64,000 nt of DNA from a virus (lineage: Duplodnaviria > Heunggongvirae > Uroviricota > Caudoviricetes). The stretch lies in IMG/VR virus record IMGVR_UViG_3300044796_000394; one strand, 5' to 3'. Positions 17,082 through 26,205 of the stretch are shown here, piece by piece. The notes under the pieces are model-generated. The model ran no database searches, was not told where the DNA came from, and saw only the letters and a program-made list of their open reading frames with translations. The position numbers were made by a program, and so were the translations under genes. Numbering within the stretch: the stretch's first letter is position 1; each line of letters opens with the position of its first letter.

Positions 17082-18669
17082 TTAACTTGTGAAACAAAGG
17101 CGAAGAATTACCCAGACGACTCTTGAACTCTGGATGCGCCTGAACTCCCACAAAGAATGGATGCACCTTTGTATCTAATTCCATCACTTCAATCAATCCC
17201 GTTTGAGGATTGGTACCAGACACCTTAAACCCATGTTCAGTAAATTGCCCTGTGTACGCAGCATTAACTTCATAACGGTGCCGGTGTCTTTCGGAAATTA
17301 ACTTCTTTCCGTACGCCTTATATGCCAACGAGTCCTTAACCAACTCACAATCATAAGCACCCAATCTCAACGTTCCGGACTTGGTCTTAACACTTTGTTG
17401 CCCTTCAATGTAATGTACAACGTGCGAACCCTTCGTTGCGCTGAATTCTTGACTCGTAGCATCCTCAATGCCAATATGACGAGCAAATTCAATCACCGCA
17501 CATTGCAACCCCAAGCAGATGCCAAGGAAAGGTATCTTACGTTCCCGTACATACTCAATCGCCCTAATCTTGCCCTCTACTCCACGATTGTCAAAGCCGC
17601 CCGGTACAATCACACAGTCAATTCCCTCAAAGAACTTCTGCATACCTCTGAGAGTATGACATTCTTCCAATCGCTCAGCCTCAATCCAACGAATATTCGC
17701 TTTGGCATTGTTACTCACCGCTGCATGATAAATGGCTTCCTTCAAACTGAGGTACGCATCCGTCATACTGGTGTACTTGCCAATGATGCCTATATTCAAA
17801 TGTGGCATGTCTTTGGCGTTAACGTACTTCTCTACCAATTCCCGATATTTATGGATTCTAACCCCCGTACGACGCAAATGGAACCTATCTGCGATCAGAT
17901 CATCCACATGTCTCGTATAGAACGTAATCGGAACTTCGTACACGCTGCTAGTGTCTGGAGCATCGAATACCGCTTCCTTGGAAATCCCTGTTAACTCAGA
18001 AATCTTGGCAAGCAACTTTTCGGGGCATGGCCGATCAGTACGACAAATCAAAACATCAGGAAACAAACCAAATTGCTGTAATTCCGTAATGCTCTTCTGT
18101 AACGGCTTAGTTTTGAATTCCCCAATCGTGTTAACCCACAAAATCGGGGCAACATGGCAAAGCATGACGTTATTTGGGCCGTGCTTATGTCGGAATTGCT
18201 GAATGGCCATCATGAAGTGGCCGCTTTCCAAATCGCCTACAGTACCACCGATTTCAACGATCACGATGTCATGGTCTTTACCGAAGTCTTCTAGGATTGC
18301 GTGAATTTTATTGGTGACGTGGGGATGGATTTGAATTGTTTGACCGAGATACTTGCCTTCTTTCTCTTCATCAAAAACCTGTGAGAGAAGGTGGCCGTTA
18401 GTACAGATGTTCTTTTGTGAGACCTCGATACCAGTGATGCGTTCGTAAGTTCCTAAATCCAAGTCGGTTTCGGAACCATCGTCGCACACAAGGCATTCAC
18501 CATGCTGGTACGGTGAAAGTGTGGATGCCGATCTGTTGAGATAGGGGTCGAATTTGATGATATTAATTTTTTCCCCCCGCATCTTCAAAAGCAAACCGAT
18601 AGAAGCCGCCGACACACCCTTACCACAACCACTGATTACGCCGCCTGTCACAAAAATATATTTGCACAT
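17014..18669 (-). CDS. pyrG: CTP synthase
   Basis: KYIFVTGGV.S..GKG, DPYLN, P.QHGE, GGTVGD.E, KTKP.Q, GICLGLQ, ERHRHRYE, Q.HPEF. Confidence 0.98.
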   Translation of the reverse strand: MCKYIFVTGGVISGCGKGVSAASIGLLLKMRGEKINIIKFDPYLNRSASTLSPYQHGECLVCDDGSETDLDLGTYERITGIEVSQKNICTNGHLLSQVFDEEKEGKYLGQTIQIHPHVTNKIHAILEDFGKDHDIVIVEIGGTVGDLESGHFMMAIQQFRHKHGPNNVMLCHVAPILWVNTIGEFKTKPLQKSITELQQFGLFPDVLICRTDRPCPEKLLAKISELTGISKEAVFDAPDTSSVYEVPITFYTRHVDDLIADRFHLRRTGVRIHKYRELVEKYVNAKDMPHLNIGIIGKYTSMTDAYLSLKEAIYHAAVSNNAKANIRWIEAERLEECHTLRGMQKFFEGIDCVIVPGGFDNRGVEGKIRAIEYVRERKIPFLGICLGLQCAVIEFARHIGIEDATSQEFSATKGSHVVHYIEGQQSVKTKSGTLRLGAYDCELVKDSLAYKAYGKKLISERHRHRYEVNAAYTGQFTEHGFKVSGTNPQTGLIEVMELDTKVHPFFVGVQAHPEFKSRLGNSSPLFHKLIEIAMERKGIKNEPVVEEEVPR

Positions 18670-18817
18670 TATTCTGTTGCCTCTTCCTTCTGTAATGGTT
18701 GGGCACTCCCAAAGCCATATGTTTAACCTATATCTACAGTTAGTGTATTACACCAAGAATGATATTACCATTTTTGCCTATATAATCAACCCCATCACCC
18801 TTCAACGAGGTGTCCCA

Positions 18818-19228
18818 TTGCCATTCAACGTCATTTGTGAAAAATTAGCAAAAAAAGTAACTACGTGGGCTGGTTCCACCAATGCCACTATACTTGCTTT
18901 TGCTCTTATTATCAGTTGGACAATCGGGGGACTCTTTGAGGGCTTTTCCGATTCTTACCAAATGATAATTAATACCGGTACCACCATCATCACTTTCCTG
19001 ATGGTATTCCTCATCCAGCGTACCCAAAACAAAGACTCAACCGCAATACAACTCAAACTCAATGAACTCATCGCTTCCGTGGATGGTTCCAGCAACCGTT
19101 TACTCAATATCGAAGACCTATCCGAGTCTGATATCGAAATACTGCGCAAGAGGTACCGTAGTCTGGCTCTAAGAACCAAATCCGACGATAACTTTACGAG
19201 TCGTCACACAATCGAAGAGATTGAATGA
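18818..19228 (+). CDS. Low-affinity iron permease family protein
   Basis: FSD.YQ.IINTGTTIITFLMVFLIQ.TQN.D..AIQLKLNELI; GAGG SD before TTG 18818. Confidence 0.9.
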   Translation: MPFNVICEKLAKKVTTWAGSTNATILAFALIISWTIGGLFEGFSDSYQMIINTGTTIITFLMVFLIQRTQNKDSTAIQLKLNELIASVDGSSNRLLNIEDLSESDIEILRKRYRSLALRTKSDDNFTSRHTIEEIE

Positions 19229-19229
19229 C

Positions 19230-19916
19230 TTACAGTTTCTCTTTGAATGAAAACATGACCGCACCCCAGAGACGAGGATTGGAAATAACAGGCTTGAACT
19301 CTACCTTCTTACGCTTCTTAGCGACTTGATAGCATACTACGATACGGACATCATTGCCGTCACCATAGTTCGTTCCGCTGTCATGAATGAGATTCCAGTC
19401 ACTTGGAATCGTTACAGAGTCAGAATAAGCAGAGCCGCCAATAGCGAGAACTCCGTAAACCAACCAATTCTTGTGCCCTACCTTGAAAGTACCAGCATCC
19501 ACAGCAGCATTAACTGTTGAGGAATAAGCACTGCTCATCTTTTCAAAGGTTCCAATATTGTACCACTCATCATTAGCAATCAAGCGGTGTTTGGAAAGTT
19601 GGTGAGCCACAGTTACCGTAGTATCAACATTGACCACCGCTGCCAATTTGCTGAATACCGACAAGGCAAAAGTTCCGAACAAAACCTCTTTGATGAGGTT
19701 ATAGGAACTTCCTTGGGTGTCAGTACAAGTTGCGGCGGTTGTGTGACCAGTATCACCGGGGCCAGCAACGTGCATTACAAAGTTCGTGTAATTAACAGCC
19801 GTGACTTCGGTTGGAGCCGTTTCTGCTGTTACGGCAATCGTAGTTGTCGTAGTATCAGAACCTGCACTAACGGCTGTCGGGCCAAATGAGCGGTCGAATG
19901 TAATCTTATGTGCCAT
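19230..19916 (-). CDS. Hypothetical beta-rich, Thr-rich protein (possibly virion)
   Basis: 228 aa, AAGGA SD, ATAAATA upstream. Confidence 0.65.
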   Translation of the reverse strand: MAHKITFDRSFGPTAVSAGSDTTTTTIAVTAETAPTEVTAVNYTNFVMHVAGPGDTGHTTAATCTDTQGSSYNLIKEVLFGTFALSVFSKLAAVVNVDTTVTVAHQLSKHRLIANDEWYNIGTFEKMSSAYSSTVNAAVDAGTFKVGHKNWLVYGVLAIGGSAYSDSVTIPSDWNLIHDSGTNYGDGNDVRIVVCYQVAKKRKKVEFKPVISNPRLWGAVMFSFKEKL

Positions 19917-20018
19917 GAATTTTTCCTTTAACTTATTTATCCCGAAGCCAAAAATCTCTACAGTAGGTTAGTAAAACTTATGAAATCTAATTTTCTATTT
20001 AGCTATCTAAATATCACC

Positions 20019-20273
20019 ATGCTAAAATTTAACGAATATCACCAAATCCAAGAGTCTGCCGTAAACGAAATTCTCGTTAATCCTGCACTCAAACTCAAAA
20101 TTCGCAAGAATCAATTTGGTGAGTTTGAAGTACGTGTTTTGAGACTCGTTGGCAAAGTATGGCGTTCCAACGAAAAGGAAACTGCCTTTATGAGCGATCT
20201 TCAAGATGCCATTGGTACGATGCAAGATATGGCACGGAGGATGACCGTTTCCTCCGCACCAAATCAAGCTTAA
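20019..20273 (+). CDS. Hypothetical protein, candidate internal head protein
   Basis: Start MLKFNEYHQIQE; CTAAATA at 20007-20013. Confidence 0.6.
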   Translation: MLKFNEYHQIQESAVNEILVNPALKLKIRKNQFGEFEVRVLRLVGKVWRSNEKETAFMSDLQDAIGTMQDMARRMTVSSAPNQA

Positions 20274-22544
20274 CTAGAACGAAACGGCACAAGCGCCTCC
20301 TGCACAAGCTGCCTCTCCAATCAAGTTAGTTTCATCACTATCTTCGGTGAGTGAGGCGTAATCAACGTGCTTCCATTCACGCTTTAAGTCACACCACATT
20401 TTCCAATTGCTGACTTCTTTCAAGCAATAAATCATTCTACCTTTGTCGCCACTAAAGTAGCGGTCGGCAAATTGTTCTGCCCGACGTACCCAATCTATTT
20501 TCAGATCGTATTTGTTTAACCAATTAGGATTGTCCGGCTTTGCAACTTTATTAATACCACGCAAAGTATCACAAGCAACCCACAAGCTATCAAAAGCGTG
20601 AAGGCCATCCACAATTAACCCTGATGCGAAGATAGAGGCATCTCCATACTTGGCAACCAATTCTTCCGGCGTACTCACAGCACAGAACGGAGCTTGCGGA
20701 TAATCCAAATCACCAGTTGAAGGCAACAAACTGATACCTGCGAAGAATTCACGATTGTCATAGATGTAATTTTCTACTTCATCCCATTCTTCAGGTTTAA
20801 CTGAAACGGTATTAGAAACATTGTGACGAAGCCAAGGCTGCGCACATCGTTCAAGTCTAGTACCGGCACTCACCCAATTCTGTTGTGTCAATTTGACAAA
20901 CTTCAAAAGGTTAATAGCGCTGATATGCTCTTTCGTCAAAGCCTTATCATCAACTTCAATACAGAACGTCAAGATGGAATCATGACCATTCTTTGACCAA
21001 ACACTCTTTTCACAAGCCAACGGATTGACATCAGCAAAGAATTTCAATGGTGCTTCAAGGTTGTTACCCTGTACTCGTCGGAAATATCTCTTGCTGTGGT
21101 GAGGGTGGACGCCCGATGACGTTCCCAACATACAACTTGTCGTACCAGCAGGCTTGATACAAGTGCATCTGGCAGCAGGATTGATCCCCAACTCTACCGC
21201 AAATTCACCGTTAACTTCCTTGATAATTTCAGCCATCTTACGCTGAATATCAGGACTGAACATCACTCTGGAATTTTCCATCATTCCCGTAATACTGACG
21301 CCCAACAACGCTTCTCTAGCCGTAATCCGCTCACTGACTTCACCCAGATAAGGGAAAGACGTATAGCTGGCTTGGAGCGTACCGATGATAGCACCTGCAC
21401 GAGCAGCTACCTCAAAATCTTCTTCATTCTCAATCATCTTGCCGTTGATTTCGGTCAAGTTACAGAACTGCCAACCACTGTTTCCAAATTCATCATAAGC
21501 GTACAGGGCGATTTCAACGCAAGGGTTGAAACCACATTCTTCGCTGTCCGACCAGATGAATCCGGGTTCGCCGTATTCCTTAACCCAAGTCATCAGGTTT
21601 TTGAATTGCTCTTTGGTGGTCTTATTACGAATTAACAAGGCACTATTGTTGCTTCTTGCTCGTTGTGGGTTTTCATAGAACCAGTTACCGGTCTTGGCCT
21701 TGGCCATTTCCATATCGTCTGGACTGAATAAACAGATCGTAGCCGAACGACGAACACCACCGCTGAGAACGGCATCGGATGCGTACATCACAATGTCGTA
21801 AGCATCAATAGGTCTTAGAGCAACCGTTTCCGGGTTAATTGTAATTCTAGCGTGTAGTTCATTCTTGACAACTACTTCCGGTGTATTCAATTCGCTATCG
21901 CACTTTATGTCAAACTTAAGACGATTATCAAGCAGCTTGCGAATTAACTCTAATGATTTTTCCAGCGGTTCAGGGCCGGGGCATTTACCTGAGCCTGATG
22001 ACAGTGGGGTACCTTTAGGGCTGATGTTGGCGTAATCGAATTCAACCGTGTAGCCGAAGTAATCGGAGTCTGGATTCGTGTAGGAATCGATGAGGACGCC
22101 TAGAGAGTCGCCCCAACCTGCGATAGAATCGGGAATGAGGTATGTCATTCCACCATTGGCAGGTTTATGCAATACTGGCAACTTAGCAACGTGGTGCTTC
22201 TGTACAGAGAAACCTACGCCACTTCCGCAGAGGAGGAGGTAGAAGGCTTCTTGGAAAAAGCGTGGTCGGTCGCAATAAGAGAAACAGCAGTTGTAAATCC
22301 GAGCATTAACCTTTTCAATTGGCTTGCCACCGAATTGCAATGCTCGCTGAGAACCGAGTACTCTTTTTTCCAGTACACGATCAAAGGCCCAATTGATTTT
22401 TTCTTCGGCGTGTGAATGCTTTCTGATGTGCATTTGTCTGACACGATCTACCGCTTCTGGCCATGTTTCACGACGTTTTTTATCTTCTAGGTATCTTGCG
22501 TATTTGCTTGTGTATGTGTAATCTTGTAACGCTTCTACTGACAT
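20274..22544 (-). CDS. nrdJ: Class II (B12-dependent) ribonucleotide reductase
   Basis: SKYARY..RRETW, YNC, G.GVGFS, GGVRRSA, GEPG, NPCVEI, QFCNL.E, CIKPAGT, C-terminal ACAGGAC. Confidence 0.93.
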   Translation of the reverse strand: MSVEALQDYTYTSKYARYLEDKKRRETWPEAVDRVRQMHIRKHSHAEEKINWAFDRVLEKRVLGSQRALQFGGKPIEKVNARIYNCCFSYCDRPRFFQEAFYLLLCGSGVGFSVQKHHVAKLPVLHKPANGGMTYLIPDSIAGWGDSLGVLIDSYTNPDSDYFGYTVEFDYANISPKGTPLSSGSGKCPGPEPLEKSLELIRKLLDNRLKFDIKCDSELNTPEVVVKNELHARITINPETVALRPIDAYDIVMYASDAVLSGGVRRSATICLFSPDDMEMAKAKTGNWFYENPQRARSNNSALLIRNKTTKEQFKNLMTWVKEYGEPGFIWSDSEECGFNPCVEIALYAYDEFGNSGWQFCNLTEINGKMIENEEDFEVAARAGAIIGTLQASYTSFPYLGEVSERITAREALLGVSITGMMENSRVMFSPDIQRKMAEIIKEVNGEFAVELGINPAARCTCIKPAGTTSCMLGTSSGVHPHHSKRYFRRVQGNNLEAPLKFFADVNPLACEKSVWSKNGHDSILTFCIEVDDKALTKEHISAINLLKFVKLTQQNWVSAGTRLERCAQPWLRHNVSNTVSVKPEEWDEVENYIYDNREFFAGISLLPSTGDLDYPQAPFCAVSTPEELVAKYGDASIFASGLIVDGLHAFDSLWVACDTLRGINKVAKPDNPNWLNKYDLKIDWVRRAEQFADRYFSGDKGRMIYCLKEVSNWKMWCDLKREWKHVDYASLTEDSDETNLIGEAACAGGACAVSF

Positions 22545-22598
22545 TCTGATCCTTAATTCTTAAACTTTGAGGGAAGGTATTTAAAGTGATACCGTCAA

Positions 22599-22778
22599 TT
22601 ATTCTTTAAATTGTTGAGCAAAAGAGTTCAAATCAATGAAATGTTCCTTTAAAATGCCCGGAAATGATTCTTCTGCTTGTTTTAGAATTTCGGCATCAGA
22701 CGGAGTAGTAAGACTTTCATGATCGGCAGCTTGGAACCAATACAAAATACGATTTGCATCTTCTTTAGTTAAATTCAT
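22599..22778 (-). CDS. Hypothetical protein (59 aa, not in the ORF track)
   Basis: MNLTKEDANRILYWFQAADHE..., ATGA-coupled to the last array gene. Confidence 0.55.
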   Translation of the reverse strand: MNLTKEDANRILYWFQAADHESLTTPSDAEILKQAEESFPGILKEHFIDLNSFAQQFKE

Positions 22779-22996
22779 TCTGACTCTTCTTTCAATATTT
22801 CACATTTGATTTTTGGTTTTTTTATTCTAATAAGCGGTGTTGTTAACAATATCGAATCCATTGACGGATAGGCTCTTCGTATCAGAGGCATATGCAAAGT
22901 CGGATACGTTAAAGTCGGATACGTTCTACGATTTTCCGGAATCTCTTTGAGTGGAATTTCCTTAAATCCTTTTAATTTTTCAATACGTTCTGGCAT
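22775..22996 (-). CDS. Small protein with KxKIxCEIL C-terminal tag (array member 6)
   Basis: Ends KKPKIKCEILKEESE; TAATG coupling; internal 15-bp tandem duplication (TYPTL x2, 22896-22925). Confidence 0.75.
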   Translation of the reverse strand: MPERIEKLKGFKEIPLKEIPENRRTYPTLTYPTLHMPLIRRAYPSMDSILLTTPLIRIKKPKIKCEILKEESE

Positions 22997-23319
22997 TATT
23001 CTTCCCCCAATATTTCACATTGGATTTTAGACTTTTTCAACACGTAAGGCTTAGTACACTCATAGGCATAACTGTATTCATCCTGCCATCGTTCATTGCC
23101 GTTAAAAGTTGTACCAGAACCAACACCACGGGAACTGATACCAACACGAGGCATGGGAACGGCCAAAATAGATGGATTTTGAGCCATGACTTCAAGTTTC
23201 AATTTCTGCAATTGCTTAATTTTCAATTCTGCTATTATTTTTTCTTGTTCTGTCTTTGTGAGCTCTTTGAATTCTTTCAAAAAATTCTCTACAATTCTAA
23301 TTTCACTTTCAGTTGGCAT
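22996..23319 (-). CDS. Small protein with KxKIxCEIL tag (array member 5)
   Basis: Ends KKSKIQCEILGEE; TAATG coupling. Confidence 0.75.
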   Translation of the reverse strand: MPTESEIRIVENFLKEFKELTKTEQEKIIAELKIKQLQKLKLEVMAQNPSILAVPMPRVGISSRGVGSGTTFNGNERWQDEYSYAYECTKPYVLKKSKIQCEILGEE

Positions 23320-23630
23320 TATTCAATCTCCTTTAATATTTCGCATTTTATTTTTGATTTTTTGATACGAATGTAACCATAGTTAGTTTGCATGATAGGA
23401 TCTGCTGAATGTGAGACAGTTAATGGCTCGCCCCACGAATTTTGAAGAATAATCTCCCCACATGGATTTGCGCCAACATAATTAACAGAATGACTCCAAA
23501 CATTACGATCTGCAAACTGAGACGGAATATTAACTAGCGGTATACCCGATGACATACCATATTCAACTTCATCCCATTGTGATGACAATGATGATGAAAT
23601 TGATGTTGGCCACGTTGCATAAACTGGCAT
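23319..23630 (-). CDS. Small protein with KxKIxCEIL tag (array member 4)
   Basis: Start MPVYAT at 23630 (TAATG); ends KKSKIKCEILKEIE. Confidence 0.75.
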   Translation of the reverse strand: MPVYATWPTSISSSLSSQWDEVEYGMSSGIPLVNIPSQFADRNVWSHSVNYVGANPCGEIILQNSWGEPLTVSHSADPIMQTNYGYIRIKKSKIKCEILKEIE

Positions 23631-23833
23631 TATTCTTCCCCTAATATTTCGCAAGTAATTTTTGGTTTTGGAAAATATGATCCAAAAACTTGTTGGTGGT
23701 AATCTGCTGGCAGTGCGTAATGATGCCTATAATTTTTGTTGAAAATTTGTGATTGTGTGATTCCACAATGTCTGTATAAAGCAGCCATCACCTCTCGCTT
23801 CAAAGCCTCCAAAGTTTCTTCTTCAGTTTTCAT
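23630..23833 (-). CDS. Small protein with KxKIxCEIL tag (array member 3)
   Basis: Ends PKPKITCEILGEE; AAGGAG SD. Confidence 0.75.
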   Translation of the reverse strand: MKTEEETLEALKREVMAALYRHCGITQSQIFNKNYRHHYALPADYHQQVFGSYFPKPKITCEILGEE

Positions 23834-24029
23834 CTGGCAGCTCCTTTAATATTTCGCATATGATCTTGGATTTCTTTTTCGATTTCTCCGAGCTCCAGCT
23901 ATGATCAAACGGATCGTGCCAAACGTAATCGTCAGAGTAAGAGTTGGCGTACGAATACGAATATAATGATGTTGATGCCGCTGGCACATCAACCGTGATG
24001 TTCATATCTTCAATAACAACTTGTGGCAT
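23823..24029 (-). CDS. Small protein with KxKIxCEIL tag (array member 2)
   Basis: Ends KKSKIICEILKELPDEN; TAATG coupling. Confidence 0.75.
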   Translation of the reverse strand: MPQVVIEDMNITVDVPAASTSLYSYSYANSYSDDYVWHDPFDHSWSSEKSKKKSKIICEILKELPDEN

Positions 24030-24253
24030 TACTCTTCCCCCAATATTTCACAGGTGATTTTAGACTTGATTTTAGGCTTAACAATTTGTTTGCCGTATCT
24101 TGTCAAGGTAGGTGTGGTGGCGATACCGTGGTAATACAATGGATTGACACGGGTACGGTAACTTTCACGGGCTGCTGTTTCGCTCGTATAATAATCATAA
24201 TACGAAGACAAGTTGATTGGCGTATTGCCTGTTTTTACTGCTTCTATTTTCAT
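24029..24253 (-). CDS. Small protein with KxKIxCEIL tag (array member 1)
   Basis: ATGA-coupled to the gp46-like gene; ends IKSKITCEILGEE. Confidence 0.75.
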   Translation of the reverse strand: MKIEAVKTGNTPINLSSYYDYYTSETAARESYRTRVNPLYYHGIATTPTLTRYGKQIVKPKIKSKITCEILGEE

Positions 24254-26205
24254 TTGATCCTACTTATTCCGTTTTCTTTAATGACTGTGATAGTATCGTA
24301 GTTACTTAACATTTCCAACAATTCAGGATCGTGTGTAGTCACCAAGACTTGACGATCTCTTGCCAATTCGCAAATCATGGCAAAAACGGATTGAATGCCC
24401 GGTCTGTCCAGATTTGTACCAACCTCATCCAGACTGACAAGACTCGGACAGGAACCAGCCGTTAAAGCGGTTACGTTTGCGAATCCCTGCGAAATACCCA
24501 AGCTGATGCGTTGATGTTCACCGCCAGACATTGCGCTGTGTACGAAAGGATCACCGTCTGGAGGATTCCTCTCAATCTTCTCAACCAATTCCGTATTGAA
24601 CTTAAGAGTGATCTTATTATCAATCAAGAATTGGAGCCAGAAGTTAATCTTGGCATTGAGCAATGGAACGATTTCATCAATGATAAACGACCGAATGCCC
24701 TTGTCGCCGAAACCCATAATCCAAAAATCGTAATATGGGATTTGAGAAGTATGCTCATCAACTTCCTTACGCTGCGACATCATCTTTTGACGATTGAAAT
24801 CTAATTCTGCTTCCAAATTGGCCAAGATCGGCCCATAAGGATCGCCTGCCTCGTACTCAGTTACTTTCTGCTCTAATTGTTCTGACAGTGTATCAATCTT
24901 TTGTTCGATAATCAATGCCGCTGCATTAGCATTCTTCTGAAAAGCCGCTGTCAACTGTGAACGCTTGGATTCCAACTCACGAATATTCCTCACGACACCC
25001 AATTCACGAATTTTGGCATTTTCAATCGCTTCAACAATAGCCGCAATCGCCCTATCGTACTTGCCCATCTTGACAGCCGCCGCATCCCAATCGGTCTGAT
25101 TCTTCTTGATCTCTTCCCTGATTTCAGCAATCTGATCCTCGTTATGGGAAATCACGTGCTGGAAATTTTCCTTGTTCACAACACCGAAACAAACCTTACA
25201 TTTAGTACCGTTACTCGTCGTCAAAGAATGGGTTTGTTGCTTCAATTCCTCAATGTCTTTTTCACTCTTCTTGATTGCGTAAGCGAGTTCTTTAGTTCCT
25301 AGCATCAACGTTTGACGATCTTCACGTACTTGACTGTGTTTCTTTTCCGCTTCTCGAATCGCTTCCTGTATCGCTTGACGAGATTTCGTTTTTTCTTGAA
25401 TCGACTCTTCAACCAAAGAAATGTTCTCGTAGCTACTCACCGAATCTGGCTGAATTTGGGCCATCTCCTCTTTTGCCCTAACAATCTGTAGCTTCAATCG
25501 CTCAATGCTGTTCATCTGGCCCATTCGCCAATCTTCACGCTGCTTTGAGATGTTGATAATTTGCCGTTCAGCAGTTTGAACATTAACAGAACTTTTTTCA
25601 TAAACTGCTTTGATGACTTCCAGCTTTTGAAGAATTACAGTTTTCCGCTTCTTCGCCGACTCACAAAACTTATTGTACTTGTCTAGAGACAACAAACTCT
25701 CTGCGATCTGCCTTTTTTCAGAAGGGTTGCACATCAAGAAAGGCTTAGCGTTATGCTGGCCGAAACAAACAATGTTAATGAAGGCATTGTAGTTCAGTTT
25801 GATGATCTTGTTGATTTCATCTTGGGTTGCAGGAATACCACCGAGCTTCTGTAAATCGCCATCCTTGTACAGAGTCAAATCGTTCTTTTCTCTTCTGCGA
25901 TTGATCACATAAGCGTGACCGTCCAATTCAAAGCCAATTTCAACTTCCAACTTGGACTTCATCTTAATGTTGATGACTTCGTATTGGTTGAGGCTCTTGA
26001 TCAGCTTGCCATAAAAGGCGTAAACAATGGCTTCTATGATGGTACTCTTACCAGCACCATTACTCGCATCTTTGCCAATATCAAGATTTTCACCTTTGAT
26101 ACAAACGATGTTGCCGTACTTTGTGAAATCGATGAAAAGAGGATTCTCGTTTCCGAACGATAAAAAGTTTGATGCTTTGATGTAATTGATTTTCATTCGG
26201 CGCAA
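24250..26205 (-). CDS. Recombination ATPase, SbcC/Rad50/T4 gp46-like
   Basis: NFLSFGN, G.N..SNGAGKST, coiled coil with CKVC zinc hook, MSGGE, LDE, H-loop TH. Confidence 0.93.
   Translation of the reverse strand: MRRMKINYIKASNFLSFGNENPLFIDFTKYGNIVCIKGENLDIGKDASNGAGKSTIIEAIVYAFYGKLIKSLNQYEVINIKMKSKLEVEIGFELDGHAYVINRRREKNDLTLYKDGDLQKLGGIPATQDEINKIIKLNYNAFINIVCFGQHNAKPFLMCNPSEKRQIAESLLSLDKYNKFCESAKKRKTVILQKLEVIKAVYEKSSVNVQTAERQIINISKQREDWRMGQMNSIERLKLQIVRAKEEMAQIQPDSVSSYENISLVEESIQEKTKSRQAIQEAIREAEKKHSQVREDRQTLMLGTKELAYAIKKSEKDIEELKQQTHSLTTSNGTKCKVCFGVVNKENFQHVISHNEDQIAEIREEIKKNQTDWDAAAVKMGKYDRAIAAIVEAIENAKIRELGVVRNIRELESKRSQLTAAFQKNANAAALIIEQKIDTLSEQLEQKVTEYEAGDPYGPILANLEAELDFNRQKMMSQRKEVDEHTSQIPYYDFWIMGFGDKGIRSFIIDEIVPLLNAKINFWLQFLIDNKITLKFNTELVEKIERNPPDGDPFVHSAMSGGEHQRISLGISQGFANVTALTAGSCPSLVSLDEVGTNLDRPGIQSVFAMICELARDRQVLVTTHDPELLEMLSNYDTITVIKENGISRIK

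Noticed and set aside
18554-18817. N-terminal extension of the iron permease given in the ORF track
   Set aside because: It overlaps pyrG on the opposite strand. The SD and family similarity point to TTG 18818.
22775-24253. Array read as a CRISPR array or diversity-generating retroelement
   Set aside because: The repeats are degenerate, protein-coding and 200-320 bp apart. There is no cas gene, reverse transcriptase or adenine-specific TR/VR pair in the window.
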